This document shows, piece after piece, positions 46,611 through 55,610 of a DNA stretch of 64,000 nt. The stretch lies in assembly GCA_018302605.1 (NCBI GenBank), contig JAGVZN010000025.1:2693-66692 (forward strand), written 5' to 3'. Both the position numbers and the translations under genes were made by a program. The stretch comes from Candidatus Woesearchaeota archaeon (lineage in GTDB: Archaea > Nanobdellota > Nanobdellia > Woesearchaeales > GW2011-AR9). The notes under the pieces were generated by a model. That model saw nothing but the letters and a program-made list of their open reading frames with translations. It was not told where the DNA came from and did not search any database. Positions within the stretch are counted from its first letter, which is position 1. Each line of letters starts with the position of its first letter.

Positions 46611-47272
46611 GACAGAGAGCGACGCTGGAAGAAGCAGTCAAAGAGAAAGTGCTGTCTTTACTGGAAGAGACATTGAGCAAGAATCTGGGAATAATTGTCC
46701 CGCAATTAGAGACAGATATCACCGCTAAGCTTGCCCAGGGTTCTTTTCCGATCTATATCCAACGAGATCTTCATTTTACGGAAGCAAAACAAAAATTTAA
46801 AGAACATTTTCTGCGGCGCGAATTGGAACGCCACTTTGGCAATATTTCACTCACTGCCCAGGCGCTGGGGATTAATCGGAGAAGCTTGCATCGTACTATT
46901 CACGAATTCCGGATTCTGGTTCAGAGAGGAAAAGCTCAGAGAGGAAAGAATGGCGAACAGCAGCAGCAGCAGCAGCAGGAGCAGAAAGAAGTAGGAGAGA
47001 CGATTCGCCAGACTTTAGATCAGTATAAAGATGTGTTCCATCCTTTGAAGATGGAAAAGCTCTATGAAAACATCTCGACCCTCTCCCAGGATATCGCCAG
47101 CCTCCTCCCTCCGGTTCAGTTCAGCTGGAAAGAAGCAGAAGCCGAATTTGAACGGCAATTCCTCCGCGAAGCGTGGCTGAGGAACAAGCAGTCCTTTCTG
47201 TCGATGGCACGGGATATCGGCTTGCGTCCGGAGACCTTATCACGGAAGATGAAGAAGCTGGGATTGAGATGA
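46595..47272 (+). CDS. protein with two Fis-type HTH (HTH_8) modules joined by a poly-Gln linker
   Basis: FGNISLTAQALGINRRSLHRTIHEF and QSFLSMARDIGLRPETLSRKMKKLGL. A (CAG)n tract lies at about 46958-46985. Confidence 0.6.
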   Translation: MVEKMRQRATLEEAVKEKVLSLLEETLSKNLGIIVPQLETDITAKLAQGSFPIYIQRDLHFTEAKQKFKEHFLRRELERHFGNISLTAQALGINRRSLHRTIHEFRILVQRGKAQRGKNGEQQQQQQQEQKEVGETIRQTLDQYKDVFHPLKMEKLYENISTLSQDIASLLPPVQFSWKEAEAEFERQFLREAWLRNKQSFLSMARDIGLRPETLSRKMKKLGLR

Positions 47273-47296
47273 AAAAGCGCCGGAAGATAGCTGAAA

Positions 47297-48250
47297 TCAT
47301 CTGAAGAAATAGGTTATTAAATGTTCTAATGCTTTTCGGATAGCTAGCTCCGGTCTTTTCTCTGAATAAAACTCGCCGTGAGTCTGGACAAAAATTTTTG
47401 TGTTGTAAAAATAGATGATAATCTCTTTTTCTCTCTTCTCGCCGTCGATCACGGCTCGAATCAGAAATGGAAATTTCAGAATGGGTATTTTCTTAATTAA
47501 TTTTTTTGGTTCGTATTCCTCTCTATGCCATTCCCCTTGGTAAAGTGCTAGATGAAGAGAAGAAGCACGGGCAAAGCTCACCGATTCCTCTTCCTTCCGT
47601 TCGGGGATGGCTTTGACGGCAATCACTTTTCCGGGCAATAATACTTGAAGCTGTCTCTCGATTGTCCTTTGGATATATTCCTTGTTCTTGCGCAGATAAT
47701 TGTTCCCCAATTGCTGTTTCTCGAGAAGCCAGTCTAAAGCTTCAACATGAAGATGTGAATAGATGCTCTCCCAATACATCTCCGACTTATGGACAAATGT
47801 ACTGATATTAATAGTTGGATCCACTAACTGTTTTGCTCTTGCCCATCCCCCTATCCAATCACTAGTCGTATGTAGCCATTTCAGGTATCTTTCAAAAGAA
47901 CGAAGGTCATGGATTACAATTCCCAGAAGTTCGGCAATATGGCTGGGTATGGAATCTTCCCGGCGTAAGATTCGTTCGTACTCGGTCCCAATATGTCCTT
48001 CAACCATGGCGATCTTATCCTGAAGACGGAACAGAAAACGAAATGCTTCCACAACTGTTTTTTCACACCAATGTTCAATGGATGGTCGTAAAGTATTCGC
48101 TCCAGATTTGATTGTTTGTCTAACTTTATCTAAATTCTCATGGATTTTCTTGAATTGAGGTAATTCCCTTTTTAGAACGCTAATGGCATATTTGAAGGTC
48201 AATTTCTCTTCTGCGATAATTTTCTCGAGTTCTGCTTGGAAATCAGCCAC
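47297..48250 (-). CDS. hypothetical protein (317 aa)
   Basis: ORF only. Confidence 0.5.
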   Translation of the reverse strand: MADFQAELEKIIAEEKLTFKYAISVLKRELPQFKKIHENLDKVRQTIKSGANTLRPSIEHWCEKTVVEAFRFLFRLQDKIAMVEGHIGTEYERILRREDSIPSHIAELLGIVIHDLRSFERYLKWLHTTSDWIGGWARAKQLVDPTINISTFVHKSEMYWESIYSHLHVEALDWLLEKQQLGNNYLRKNKEYIQRTIERQLQVLLPGKVIAVKAIPERKEEESVSFARASSLHLALYQGEWHREEYEPKKLIKKIPILKFPFLIRAVIDGEKREKEIIIYFYNTKIFVQTHGEFYSEKRPELAIRKALEHLITYFFR

Positions 48251-48380
48251 TTATCCAGAGAATCAAAGAGAGTATTTAATCTTTTTGTTGGGGTGACAAA
48301 TCCAATGAACCTAGACAAAAATAGATACCCACTCTCACTCGAAAACTATATAAGCAAAAATAGCTTTCCCCGCAGTTCAG

Positions 48381-48800
48381 ATGAAAAAGAGGCGGAAAGA
48401 TGTTCATATCGGAAAAAACCCGGCGAGATATGAACGCCATCCGATTTTCCGCCAGCATCTGACCCGCGGACAGAAAGCAGCCGATAAGATATCAACCTTC
48501 GGCGGAAGCTGGACTTTCCTTGCTGTTTTCTTTATCTTTCTCGCCTTTTGGATTGGAATTAATTCCTGGTATCTGCTCAGCGACTATTTTGACCCCTATC
48601 CTTTCATCCTGCTCAATCTTATCCTCTCCTGTCTTGCTGCCGTGCAGGCGCCGGTCATCTTGATGAGCCAAAATCGCCAGGCGGAGCGTGACCGGATTGA
48701 TGCAAAGTATGATCACCAGATCAACCGGAAAGCGGAACGGGAGATCCAGTATTTACATAAACGGTTTGATGACCTGGAAAAAACACTGCGTAAGAAATGA
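48381..48800 (+). CDS. DUF1003-family membrane protein
   Basis: FGGSWTF...DPYPFILLNLILSCLAAVQAPVILMSQNRQAERDR pattern. Confidence 0.6.
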   Translation: MKKRRKDVHIGKNPARYERHPIFRQHLTRGQKAADKISTFGGSWTFLAVFFIFLAFWIGINSWYLLSDYFDPYPFILLNLILSCLAAVQAPVILMSQNRQAERDRIDAKYDHQINRKAEREIQYLHKRFDDLEKTLRKK

Positions 48801-48899
48801 GATTAAACGTATTTTTTTGAGTACAGATTTAGTTGAATAAAATCTGGATTAGCTCACTAGCGAAATATTTATTAAGATACACCTAGGATTAATAAACCG

Positions 48900-49388
48900 A
48901 TGGCAATCAAAATTTTCCTAACGGGGGGGACTTTCGATAAAGAGTATCACGAGCTAGACGGCTCTCTCTTTTTCAAAGATACACACCTGCATGAAATGCT
49001 CAGACTTGGGCGGAATCGTGTTCCGGTAGATACACGCACTTTAATGATGATCGACAGCTTAGATATGACCGAAGCTGATCGTGAAACAATCGCCCAAAAT
49101 GTAATCAAAACTGATGCCGATAAAATTCTCATTACACACGGCACCGACACAATGGTAGAAACCGCCCAAGTGCTCGCTGAAAAAGTCAAAGGTAAGATTA
49201 TTGTTTTAGTTGGTGCAATGATTCCCTACAAGTTCGGAAATTCCGATGGTCTTTTCAATCTTGGCGCGGCTCTTGCTTTTGCTCAAACTTTACCGGCAGG
49301 TGTGTATATCGCTATGAACGGACAATACTTTGCTCATGACAACTGTCGCAAAAATAAGCATACGGGTTATTTTGAATCCTTAAAGTAA
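48900..49388 (+). CDS. L-asparaginase-like N-terminal domain protein (162 aa)
   Basis: LTGGTFDK and ITHGTDTM motifs. It is short compared with full asparaginases. Confidence 0.6.
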   Translation: MAIKIFLTGGTFDKEYHELDGSLFFKDTHLHEMLRLGRNRVPVDTRTLMMIDSLDMTEADRETIAQNVIKTDADKILITHGTDTMVETAQVLAEKVKGKIIVLVGAMIPYKFGNSDGLFNLGAALAFAQTLPAGVYIAMNGQYFAHDNCRKNKHTGYFESLK

Positions 49389-49428
49389 GTCGTCCCGCCT
49401 TTTTCTAAAGGGGCCAACCTGGTGCTTT

Positions 49429-49815
49429 TCATTCCACCAGCAGCACTTTCTTCCCTTGGCGGATGGTCAGATAAGGCTTCTTCAGATGCTTCTTGAGTTC
49501 CTTGTCCTGAGTCAAGACCAGCCGGCCCTGATGTGAATGCCCAACTAATTCATCATCGACAAAATCGGTGGAAGGGATCACCTGTACTTTTTTGATCTCC
49601 AATAATTTGAGGGCAATCGCCGCCGCAATTTTATATTTCCCGCGCTGTTCCAATTGAATTCTCTTTAATTCATCAATAGTCCCACTTAATACGGCCAGCT
49701 TGTAGGGAAAAAGACAGGATTTCTCTATCTCTAAGAATAGGTCTAATTTCTGTTCTCCTACCGCCATGACCGCGTTAGTGTCCAGGATGATCGTTTTTGT
49801 TCTTGTTGTTTTCAT
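49429..49815 (-). CDS. PIN-domain protein, Fcf1/Utp24-like
   Basis: ILDTNAV acidic motif and C-terminal LTQDKELKKHLKK. Confidence 0.65.
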   Translation of the reverse strand: MKTTRTKTIILDTNAVMAVGEQKLDLFLEIEKSCLFPYKLAVLSGTIDELKRIQLEQRGKYKIAAAIALKLLEIKKVQVIPSTDFVDDELVGHSHQGRLVLTQDKELKKHLKKPYLTIRQGKKVLLVE

Positions 49816-49838
49816 GTTTGGACATTCTCAGCCTGGTG

Positions 49839-50696
49839 TCATCCGTTTTTTTCGGTCAAGAGAATGATCTGTTGTTGGGCTTTAATCCAGAAAAGCCGGG
49901 TGAGAACAATAACCGTGGCGAAGAAGATTGTAGACGAGACAAGAAGAGCAAAAGAGGTGGAGAGTTCCATCACCAGCTTTACGAGATATCCGGCTCCCAT
50001 AATGAACAAAAAAAGAATGACGGCCAAAGGCAGTGAATAACGAATCTTTTTTATTCCTGTCGTAAAACTCTGCCAAAACATTTTTTTCAAACTAGAAGCG
50101 CCGATCTGGGCTGCGGCGCAAATGAAGAGATAATAAACCACTAGGAATAAATAACCGAGCATGGTCAGCCTGGCGTAAAGCCGTTCCTGATCGGGGTCGC
50201 CAAACAGCGATGCCTTGACAGTTACGGAAAAAAGAATAAAACAGGACAATCCTAGAATAATAACCAATAAAACAAAGTACAGCCAGCGCTTTCGTTGTTT
50301 CTGGAGTACATCTTTCCATGAGGAATATTTCTCAAAGAACGAATGACTGCCCAGCCAGAGGGCGGCATAAAGAGTCACGGCGATAATGGCAAGTGAGAAT
50401 AACCAGCGCAGCGCATATGTCTGGACAAGTTGGTAACTCTGGTATAAAGGAGTTATGTCTTCTAAAAAAGGCTGGCCGTCACTTATTTTTTGGGGATCAA
50501 GGTTGGCTTGTTCTACTTGATTAAGGACCCCCTGGGTTCCCACCAGCATCTGTTGGAGGTTTGTCGTCGTGACACTGCCCAAAGCACCAAAAAAGATGAG
50601 CTGAAGAAGAATGAGAATGACAAAGAAGACTTTACGTTTCTGGATAGCCTGTGCTGTTTCTGTTCCTGCCTTGTTAATCAGTGATCCAAAATGCAT
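49839..50696 (-). CDS. polytopic membrane protein (285 aa)
   Basis: Six or more hydrophobic helices and no further motif. Confidence 0.55.
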   Translation of the reverse strand: MHFGSLINKAGTETAQAIQKRKVFFVILILLQLIFFGALGSVTTTNLQQMLVGTQGVLNQVEQANLDPQKISDGQPFLEDITPLYQSYQLVQTYALRWLFSLAIIAVTLYAALWLGSHSFFEKYSSWKDVLQKQRKRWLYFVLLVIILGLSCFILFSVTVKASLFGDPDQERLYARLTMLGYLFLVVYYLFICAAAQIGASSLKKMFWQSFTTGIKKIRYSLPLAVILFLFIMGAGYLVKLVMELSTSFALLVSSTIFFATVIVLTRLFWIKAQQQIILLTEKNG

Positions 50697-50739
50697 AAAT
50701 GAGTGTTAGCGTTATAGTTTAAAGACTTTTCTCTCCCGC

Positions 50740-50800
50740 GTATTTGTTTAGCTGGCGGTAAGACCAAGAGAGGCCAGGCGGCTGACTTTTTTGACAGAGC
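50740..50800 (+). repeat. 61-nt chimeric remnant joining a family C left end to a family A-type right end
   Basis: GTATTTGTTTAGCTGGCGGTAAGACCAAG is followed by GGCCAGGCGGCTGACTTTTTTGACAGAGC. Confidence 0.5.
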
Positions 50801-50898
50801 CATTCCAACCAGAATGTTTATATAGGCTGCCTTTCTTTTCTTGAAATATATATATCCCCTCCAAAAAATCAAACTGGATATATGTTATCTGTGATCTT

Positions 50899-51864
50899 AT
50901 GGAATACCGCAAATTAATTTCTTTCGGAAAAAATAGTTTTGTCATTTCTTTGCCTAAAAGTTGGGTGCGCCAGAATAATCTCCAAAAAGGCGTTTTGATC
51001 TATGTGGAAGAACAAGAGAATAATCTTCTCTTAAGTTTGGGGAGTAAACAAGAGACTGTAGAAAAAGTAAAGGAGATCCCCGTAGACGGAAAGAGTGTGC
51101 GCCGCTTAAAACGCGAGATCATCTCTGCCTACATTAAAGATTACAAGACGATTGTTCTCTTTGGAGAAGAATTAAAAGATAAAGCGGTAGATATCCAGGA
51201 TACGATTCAGAATCTGATGGCATTGGAGGTGATGGAGCAGACTTCTCGTAGATTGGTTGCACGGGATTTTCTGGACATGAGTACCATTTCCATCATCAAT
51301 CTTCTCCGCAAGGTCGATGTCATCATTCGGGCGATGATGGAAGATTGTGAAGAGATGTTTGCCAAAGATGATTATGAAAGTATCCTTCATCGCGATAGTG
51401 ATATTAACCGTCTGGCGTTCCTGATCTTCCGGGCAGTGGATTTCGGCCTGAACAATTCGGCATTTATCTATAAAAAGCAAAACCTGACCAGTCAGAAATT
51501 GCTGACACACTGGTGGACGGTGTATCATCTGGAAGCAATCGGCGACGATGTCAAGCGCATCGCCCGCTATATGCGGATGACTCATCTCGAGCCAAAGCAG
51601 CGTGACTGCTTCTTGAAATTATTAGCGACGGCGAAAGAGACCTATTTGCGTGTGCTGAAAGGCCTCTATGCTGAAGATGTCGAATTGGTCCATGCCGTTT
51701 TGGATATGAAAGAGAAGCTGATTGATGATTGTGAAACTTTCTACCAAGCCAACAAGAAAGTGGAAAACGCCGGCCCGCTGGTCGATCATCTCAAGTCGAT
51801 CATCACCGAGATCTATAGCTTAGGCAGGGTTATTTATCAGTCGGATATTAAAGAAAAAGCGTAA
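50899..51864 (+). CDS. AbrB/SpoVT-domain plus PhoU-domain regulator
   Basis: N-terminal FGKNSFVISLPKSWVRQNNL swapped-hairpin motif. Two PhoU-like helical repeats (EAIGDDVKRIARY). Confidence 0.7.
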   Translation: MEYRKLISFGKNSFVISLPKSWVRQNNLQKGVLIYVEEQENNLLLSLGSKQETVEKVKEIPVDGKSVRRLKREIISAYIKDYKTIVLFGEELKDKAVDIQDTIQNLMALEVMEQTSRRLVARDFLDMSTISIINLLRKVDVIIRAMMEDCEEMFAKDDYESILHRDSDINRLAFLIFRAVDFGLNNSAFIYKKQNLTSQKLLTHWWTVYHLEAIGDDVKRIARYMRMTHLEPKQRDCFLKLLATAKETYLRVLKGLYAEDVELVHAVLDMKEKLIDDCETFYQANKKVENAGPLVDHLKSIITEIYSLGRVIYQSDIKEKA

Positions 51865-51924
51865 GTTATTTAAATAGTACGCGTAATTTTTATTCTCAGA
51901 TGTTCTGATGGGGGGGTATTAAAA

Positions 51925-52497
51925 ATGAGTTTACGCAATGTTGTAGCCGGTAGTTTAGCCACGCTTCTGCTGTCTGGTTGTGACGGAAAAGAAGAAGAAG
52001 AGAAAGAGCGCATTGGTCGTGTTGTTGTCGATGAAATAGAAGAGATCAGCAAAGAAGTGACGAAGCGATTCACATTTTTAGAAAATGATTCTCCATTAGA
52101 AGAGAAAGCGCGTGATCTGATGGAATATACTGCTGAAATTGGTGTTGAAGTTAAAGATGGTCTCCCCGTGTTCGCCAATGATGTTAGATCATCTAAAGTA
52201 ACTCTTGATAATGGGATGATCCTTGTTGCTCGGCAGTATGAGGGGCGTGCGAATAAGGACGACAGATCCATTGTGTGGCATGAAGCAAGGGGCTATAGTT
52301 TTCTATCAGTTGATACCGGCCGGATGAGATTTCAATTTTTTAATCTCGATGGTTATGATAAGACAAGACAGGTAGAAGCGTATGTCCGTGGACCTGCTTC
52401 TGTAGTCAATCGAGATATACACTCTCTGGTTGAAGCAGCTCTTGAAAGTGCTTATCAATCGATTGTCCATCCGAAAAGCGGCTGTGTTGATCGATAG
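51925..52497 (+). CDS. hypothetical lipoprotein (190 aa)
   Basis: LLLSGC lipobox. Confidence 0.5.
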   Translation: MSLRNVVAGSLATLLLSGCDGKEEEEKERIGRVVVDEIEEISKEVTKRFTFLENDSPLEEKARDLMEYTAEIGVEVKDGLPVFANDVRSSKVTLDNGMILVARQYEGRANKDDRSIVWHEARGYSFLSVDTGRMRFQFFNLDGYDKTRQVEAYVRGPASVVNRDIHSLVEAALESAYQSIVHPKSGCVDR

Positions 52498-52630
52498 GGA
52501 TGACGATTTTTAGACAGTGACTTTCAGATTACTTTTTTTCTCTCTCATTTCTCTGTTTCTTTTCTCTCTTTTCCCCGGTCCAAAAAAGAAAGATTTTTAA
52601 ACGAGATAACTCCCTGCTCTGCTGATGAAT

Positions 52631-52855
52631 GCAGGGGTAGCAAAGCCTGGTCAAATGCGCAGGACTTAAGCCCCATAACGGAACACCAATCAGCATGATT
52701 GGCTTCATCGCGAAGATATCCTGTTCCTTAGTGGATTCGGGAGTTCAAATAGATGTCACGTCACCTGAAAGACGAAGCGACAATCGCTGATCTCAATCAC
52801 GATGTCGCAGGAATTCAAAAGAGGGCGTGTATCTTTGAAAGTCTCCTCCCCTGCA
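52631..52855 (+). tRNA. tRNA-Leu(UAA) with a canonical 37/38 intron (47 nt) and a 92-nt T-loop intron
   Basis: Acceptor GCAGGGG/CCCCTGC plus A73. 3-bp D stem GCA/TGC. Anticodon stem CAGGA/TCCTG with loop CTTAAG[52671-52717]A. Long variable arm. T stem GGGAG/CTCCT with TTCAA[52749-52840]GT. A TATA box lies about 27 nt upstream. Confidence 0.75.
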
Positions 52856-52861
52856 CTTATC

Positions 52862-52879
52862 GCCCCCGTGGCTCAGTGG
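52862..52879 (+). other. orphan copy of the first 18 nt of tRNA-Thr, fused to intron-like sequence
   Basis: GCCCCCGTGGCTCAGTGG is identical to 53005-53022. It is followed by CAGATGTCACGTCACCT, which is the 5' end of the T-loop intron family. Confidence 0.5.
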
Positions 52880-53004
52880 CAGATGTCACGTCACCTAAAA
52901 TGTGAAGAAAATCACATTTTTGTGCAAAAATAGGTTTAGAGTTCCTATTTTTTGCATCTGAAAGACGAGGTGACCTGCGCTGCGCTTAGTCACCAGAAAT
53001 TATT

Positions 53005-53135
53005 GCCCCCGTGGCTCAGTGGTTGAAGAAATTCCACGAAAGAGCGTGTCCTTGGTATGCGAAAACAAACAGGACAAGGTCGCGAGTTCAATTGCTGATG
53101 TCCAAAACATCATCCTGAAAATCTCGCCGGGGGCT
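53005..53135 (+). tRNA. tRNA-Thr(GGU) with three short inserts (D-loop, a 13-nt 37/38 intron, a 29-nt T-loop intron)
   Basis: Acceptor GCCCCCG/CGGGGGC. D stem GCTC/GAGC is separated by about 24 nt. Anticodon stem TGTCC/GGACA with loop TTGGTA[53058-53070]A. T stem GCGAG/CTCGC with TTCAA[53092-53120]AT. Confidence 0.7.
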
Positions 53136-53157
53136 TATTTTTTCTCCAGAACCAAAC

Positions 53158-55395
53158 CTATTTACATTTCCCTTGTTCACAAGCCGTATACTCAACACCA
53201 CAATCCGTAACACCGGCCTCGATTTTTTCATTGGTATCGGGATCACATTGATACTGATAAAGAACGTTTCCTTCACAGATATCAGGATATGGTACGTTAT
53301 TGAAATCGAAGACCATGCCCGCAGCTGTCGGCTCATTAGCCGGATCAGTGTCAATACAGGCTTTGACACAGGCAAAAGTCTTGCTCTGCGGATCTGCCTG
53401 ATCGGAGAATATGTTACAGGTCTCTCCCCCAGCGCAATAATAAAATGAGGAAACGGGCACAGTTCCCAGACAATTAAAATCTACAATTCCTTTCCCGGGG
53501 CCGAGAGAGAAACAGTAATCGCTCTTAACATACTGGTTGCCATGATGATCTATTCCATCAACTTTACCTTTCTGCGGAAAATTTTTCCCGCCATCCGAAT
53601 CTTTACACGTTGGCTGATACGGCGAAGGGATACATTGCAGTGTCGTCTTTGCCGCTCCTTCGATAACTGTCACCTCTCCAACACAGATCTCATTGATCTT
53701 ACACCAAGAATAGGAGATGATGGGGAATCCTCCGTTACTACATATCCAATCGTGAATCGCATCGCCACTACTGTTGTGTGTGCACCCATCATTCTCATTG
53801 AATTCCCCTCCATCTTTATACATTCCGGCAACATACCCTTTGACCGGATAATTCATCGTTCCATCAGAATCAAAACAACTCGGCATAAATCCCGGCACGC
53901 AGGCTAACGTCGGCTCGCCATCGATCAGCTCTTCGAGGCAAATCTCATCAGCCAGGCACGGCTCGGTGATTGATTTCACTTTATTCCCCTCACAAGTATA
54001 GTCAACGATGAACTCACTTTCATTAGAATTTGAGCATTGATCATTTTTGGTCGTAATTGAACCATTTAGTTCGAGTAAGAGAACTGAACCTTTTACACTC
54101 ATGTTTCCTTTGCCATCGGTATCGTGACACTGACTGCAGGCACCATTAACGCAGGACATGCCATACTTGCAGTTGGTGACATCGGTATGCCATGTTCCGT
54201 CTGCACTACAGATGACGTGAAGAACTTTGTCTACTTCGCTTTCCAAGCAGAAGCCAATATGCCAATCGCTATCATAACTATACAGTGTTGCGAGAGGATA
54301 TTTCCCCTGTGGATCTGGTTCACTGCAGAAATCTTCGTCCACGGGAACACAGCTGTCCTTAACCCCATCGCCATCAAGATCATAAGGATATTCCGTCTGG
54401 ATACCAACGAGTAGATTTTCCGGACAAAGATCGAGGATACAACTCTCCGCAAAGCCATCATTGTCGTTATCATACGGAAATTCCTCCTGCACACCGGCCA
54501 ATGCTGGACAGAAATCAGGAGCGCAGCTATCAGCTGTCCCATCACCATTGGTATCATACAAAAAATCGGTCTGGAGGCCTTCCACAAAAGGACAAATATC
54601 TACCGCCGCACAGCTTTCACCCCATCCATCGCCATCGTTATCGTAAGGGAAACTAGTTTGCAGGCCGGGCAGATCCAGACAGACATCCTCCGGCTGGCAG
54701 TAGGCTTCTCCCACGGAATTGAGCGCGCAGGTTGATTTGGGAAGATAATCCTGGCATTTCATCCCTTTGCCATTCGGCAGACCATCTGAACAATAAGATT
54801 CGATCAGGACCATTGGCCCTTTACACACATCCGGGAACGATTCCATAATCTCCGGGTCGGCAGAAAAGCTGAATGTTGTCGTCCCACCCCAGCCTAATGA
54901 GGGATCACTGTTGGGAATGGTCTCCTCAAAGAAATCGCCAAACACGCTTTTCTGGAAGAACACCTTTGTGTCATCAGAATCTTTACAGACAACCTCTTCT
55001 AAGGTGATGCACTTCCCAGCCAGATAGATCGGCTTTTCTGGCGGGCACCATTCCTGATGGTGGTCATTGCCAACTTTTACCCAGCGCTCATCTTCGGGTT
55101 CTTGATTTGTCTCCGGAGAGATTTCCGCATCTGGAACAACGGCATCGGGCTGTCCTGAACCAGCAGTATCTGGATGAGGGAAGGGCAAGACAAAAGAAAG
55201 TCCATCGGGCATTGTGTGTCTGTAGGTAAAAATATCCGGAAAAGATGACGTTGCTGAAACCTCTTCTGACCCCTCTCGTGTTTCCTGGAGCGCATCTGTC
55301 AGAGAATTTTGCAATGGAGTTTCTGCCGTTCCGCCACAGGCGAGAATGATCCCGCTTAAGCCGCTGAGAACATAACTCTTGAACCGCCGTCGCAT
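53158..55395 (-). CDS. large secreted Cys-rich surface protein with four TSP3-like Ca-binding repeats and repeated Cys modules
   Basis: Signal peptide or lipobox (ILACGG). Four repeats of the form YD.DGDG...SC. Four modules start with C.D(S/T)DG..N...KG. Confidence 0.7.
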   Translation of the reverse strand: MRRRFKSYVLSGLSGIILACGGTAETPLQNSLTDALQETREGSEEVSATSSFPDIFTYRHTMPDGLSFVLPFPHPDTAGSGQPDAVVPDAEISPETNQEPEDERWVKVGNDHHQEWCPPEKPIYLAGKCITLEEVVCKDSDDTKVFFQKSVFGDFFEETIPNSDPSLGWGGTTTFSFSADPEIMESFPDVCKGPMVLIESYCSDGLPNGKGMKCQDYLPKSTCALNSVGEAYCQPEDVCLDLPGLQTSFPYDNDGDGWGESCAAVDICPFVEGLQTDFLYDTNGDGTADSCAPDFCPALAGVQEEFPYDNDNDGFAESCILDLCPENLLVGIQTEYPYDLDGDGVKDSCVPVDEDFCSEPDPQGKYPLATLYSYDSDWHIGFCLESEVDKVLHVICSADGTWHTDVTNCKYGMSCVNGACSQCHDTDGKGNMSVKGSVLLLELNGSITTKNDQCSNSNESEFIVDYTCEGNKVKSITEPCLADEICLEELIDGEPTLACVPGFMPSCFDSDGTMNYPVKGYVAGMYKDGGEFNENDGCTHNSSGDAIHDWICSNGGFPIISYSWCKINEICVGEVTVIEGAAKTTLQCIPSPYQPTCKDSDGGKNFPQKGKVDGIDHHGNQYVKSDYCFSLGPGKGIVDFNCLGTVPVSSFYYCAGGETCNIFSDQADPQSKTFACVKACIDTDPANEPTAAGMVFDFNNVPYPDICEGNVLYQYQCDPDTNEKIEAGVTDCGVEYTACEQGKCK

Positions 55396-55610
55396 CTGTC
55401 GTTTGGCAGGTATCTATCTTATAAGTGTTTATCACTTACAATATAATCATTACGATATATGTATCTGTTTAGCCTTTTTGGTATATCCCAAATGAATTAG
55501 GCTCGAAAGCTAATTCCTTTTAGTAGATATATCACTGAGAAAGAATATTCTGAAACATCTGTTGGCTGCCCAATACAAATAAATAAGAATGTCCCTCCTC
55601 TTCCCCGTCT

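Noticed and set aside
52965-52980. 12-13 nt match GTGACCTGCGC(T) between 52968 and 61619 as a link between tRNA introns and family B
   Set aside because: Matches of this length are expected by chance dozens of times in a 64-kb window searched on both strands.
53158-55395. Diversity-generating retroelement targeting the Cys-rich protein
   Set aside because: No reverse transcriptase ORF is present, and I saw no template/variable repeat pair with adenine-specific mismatches in the window.
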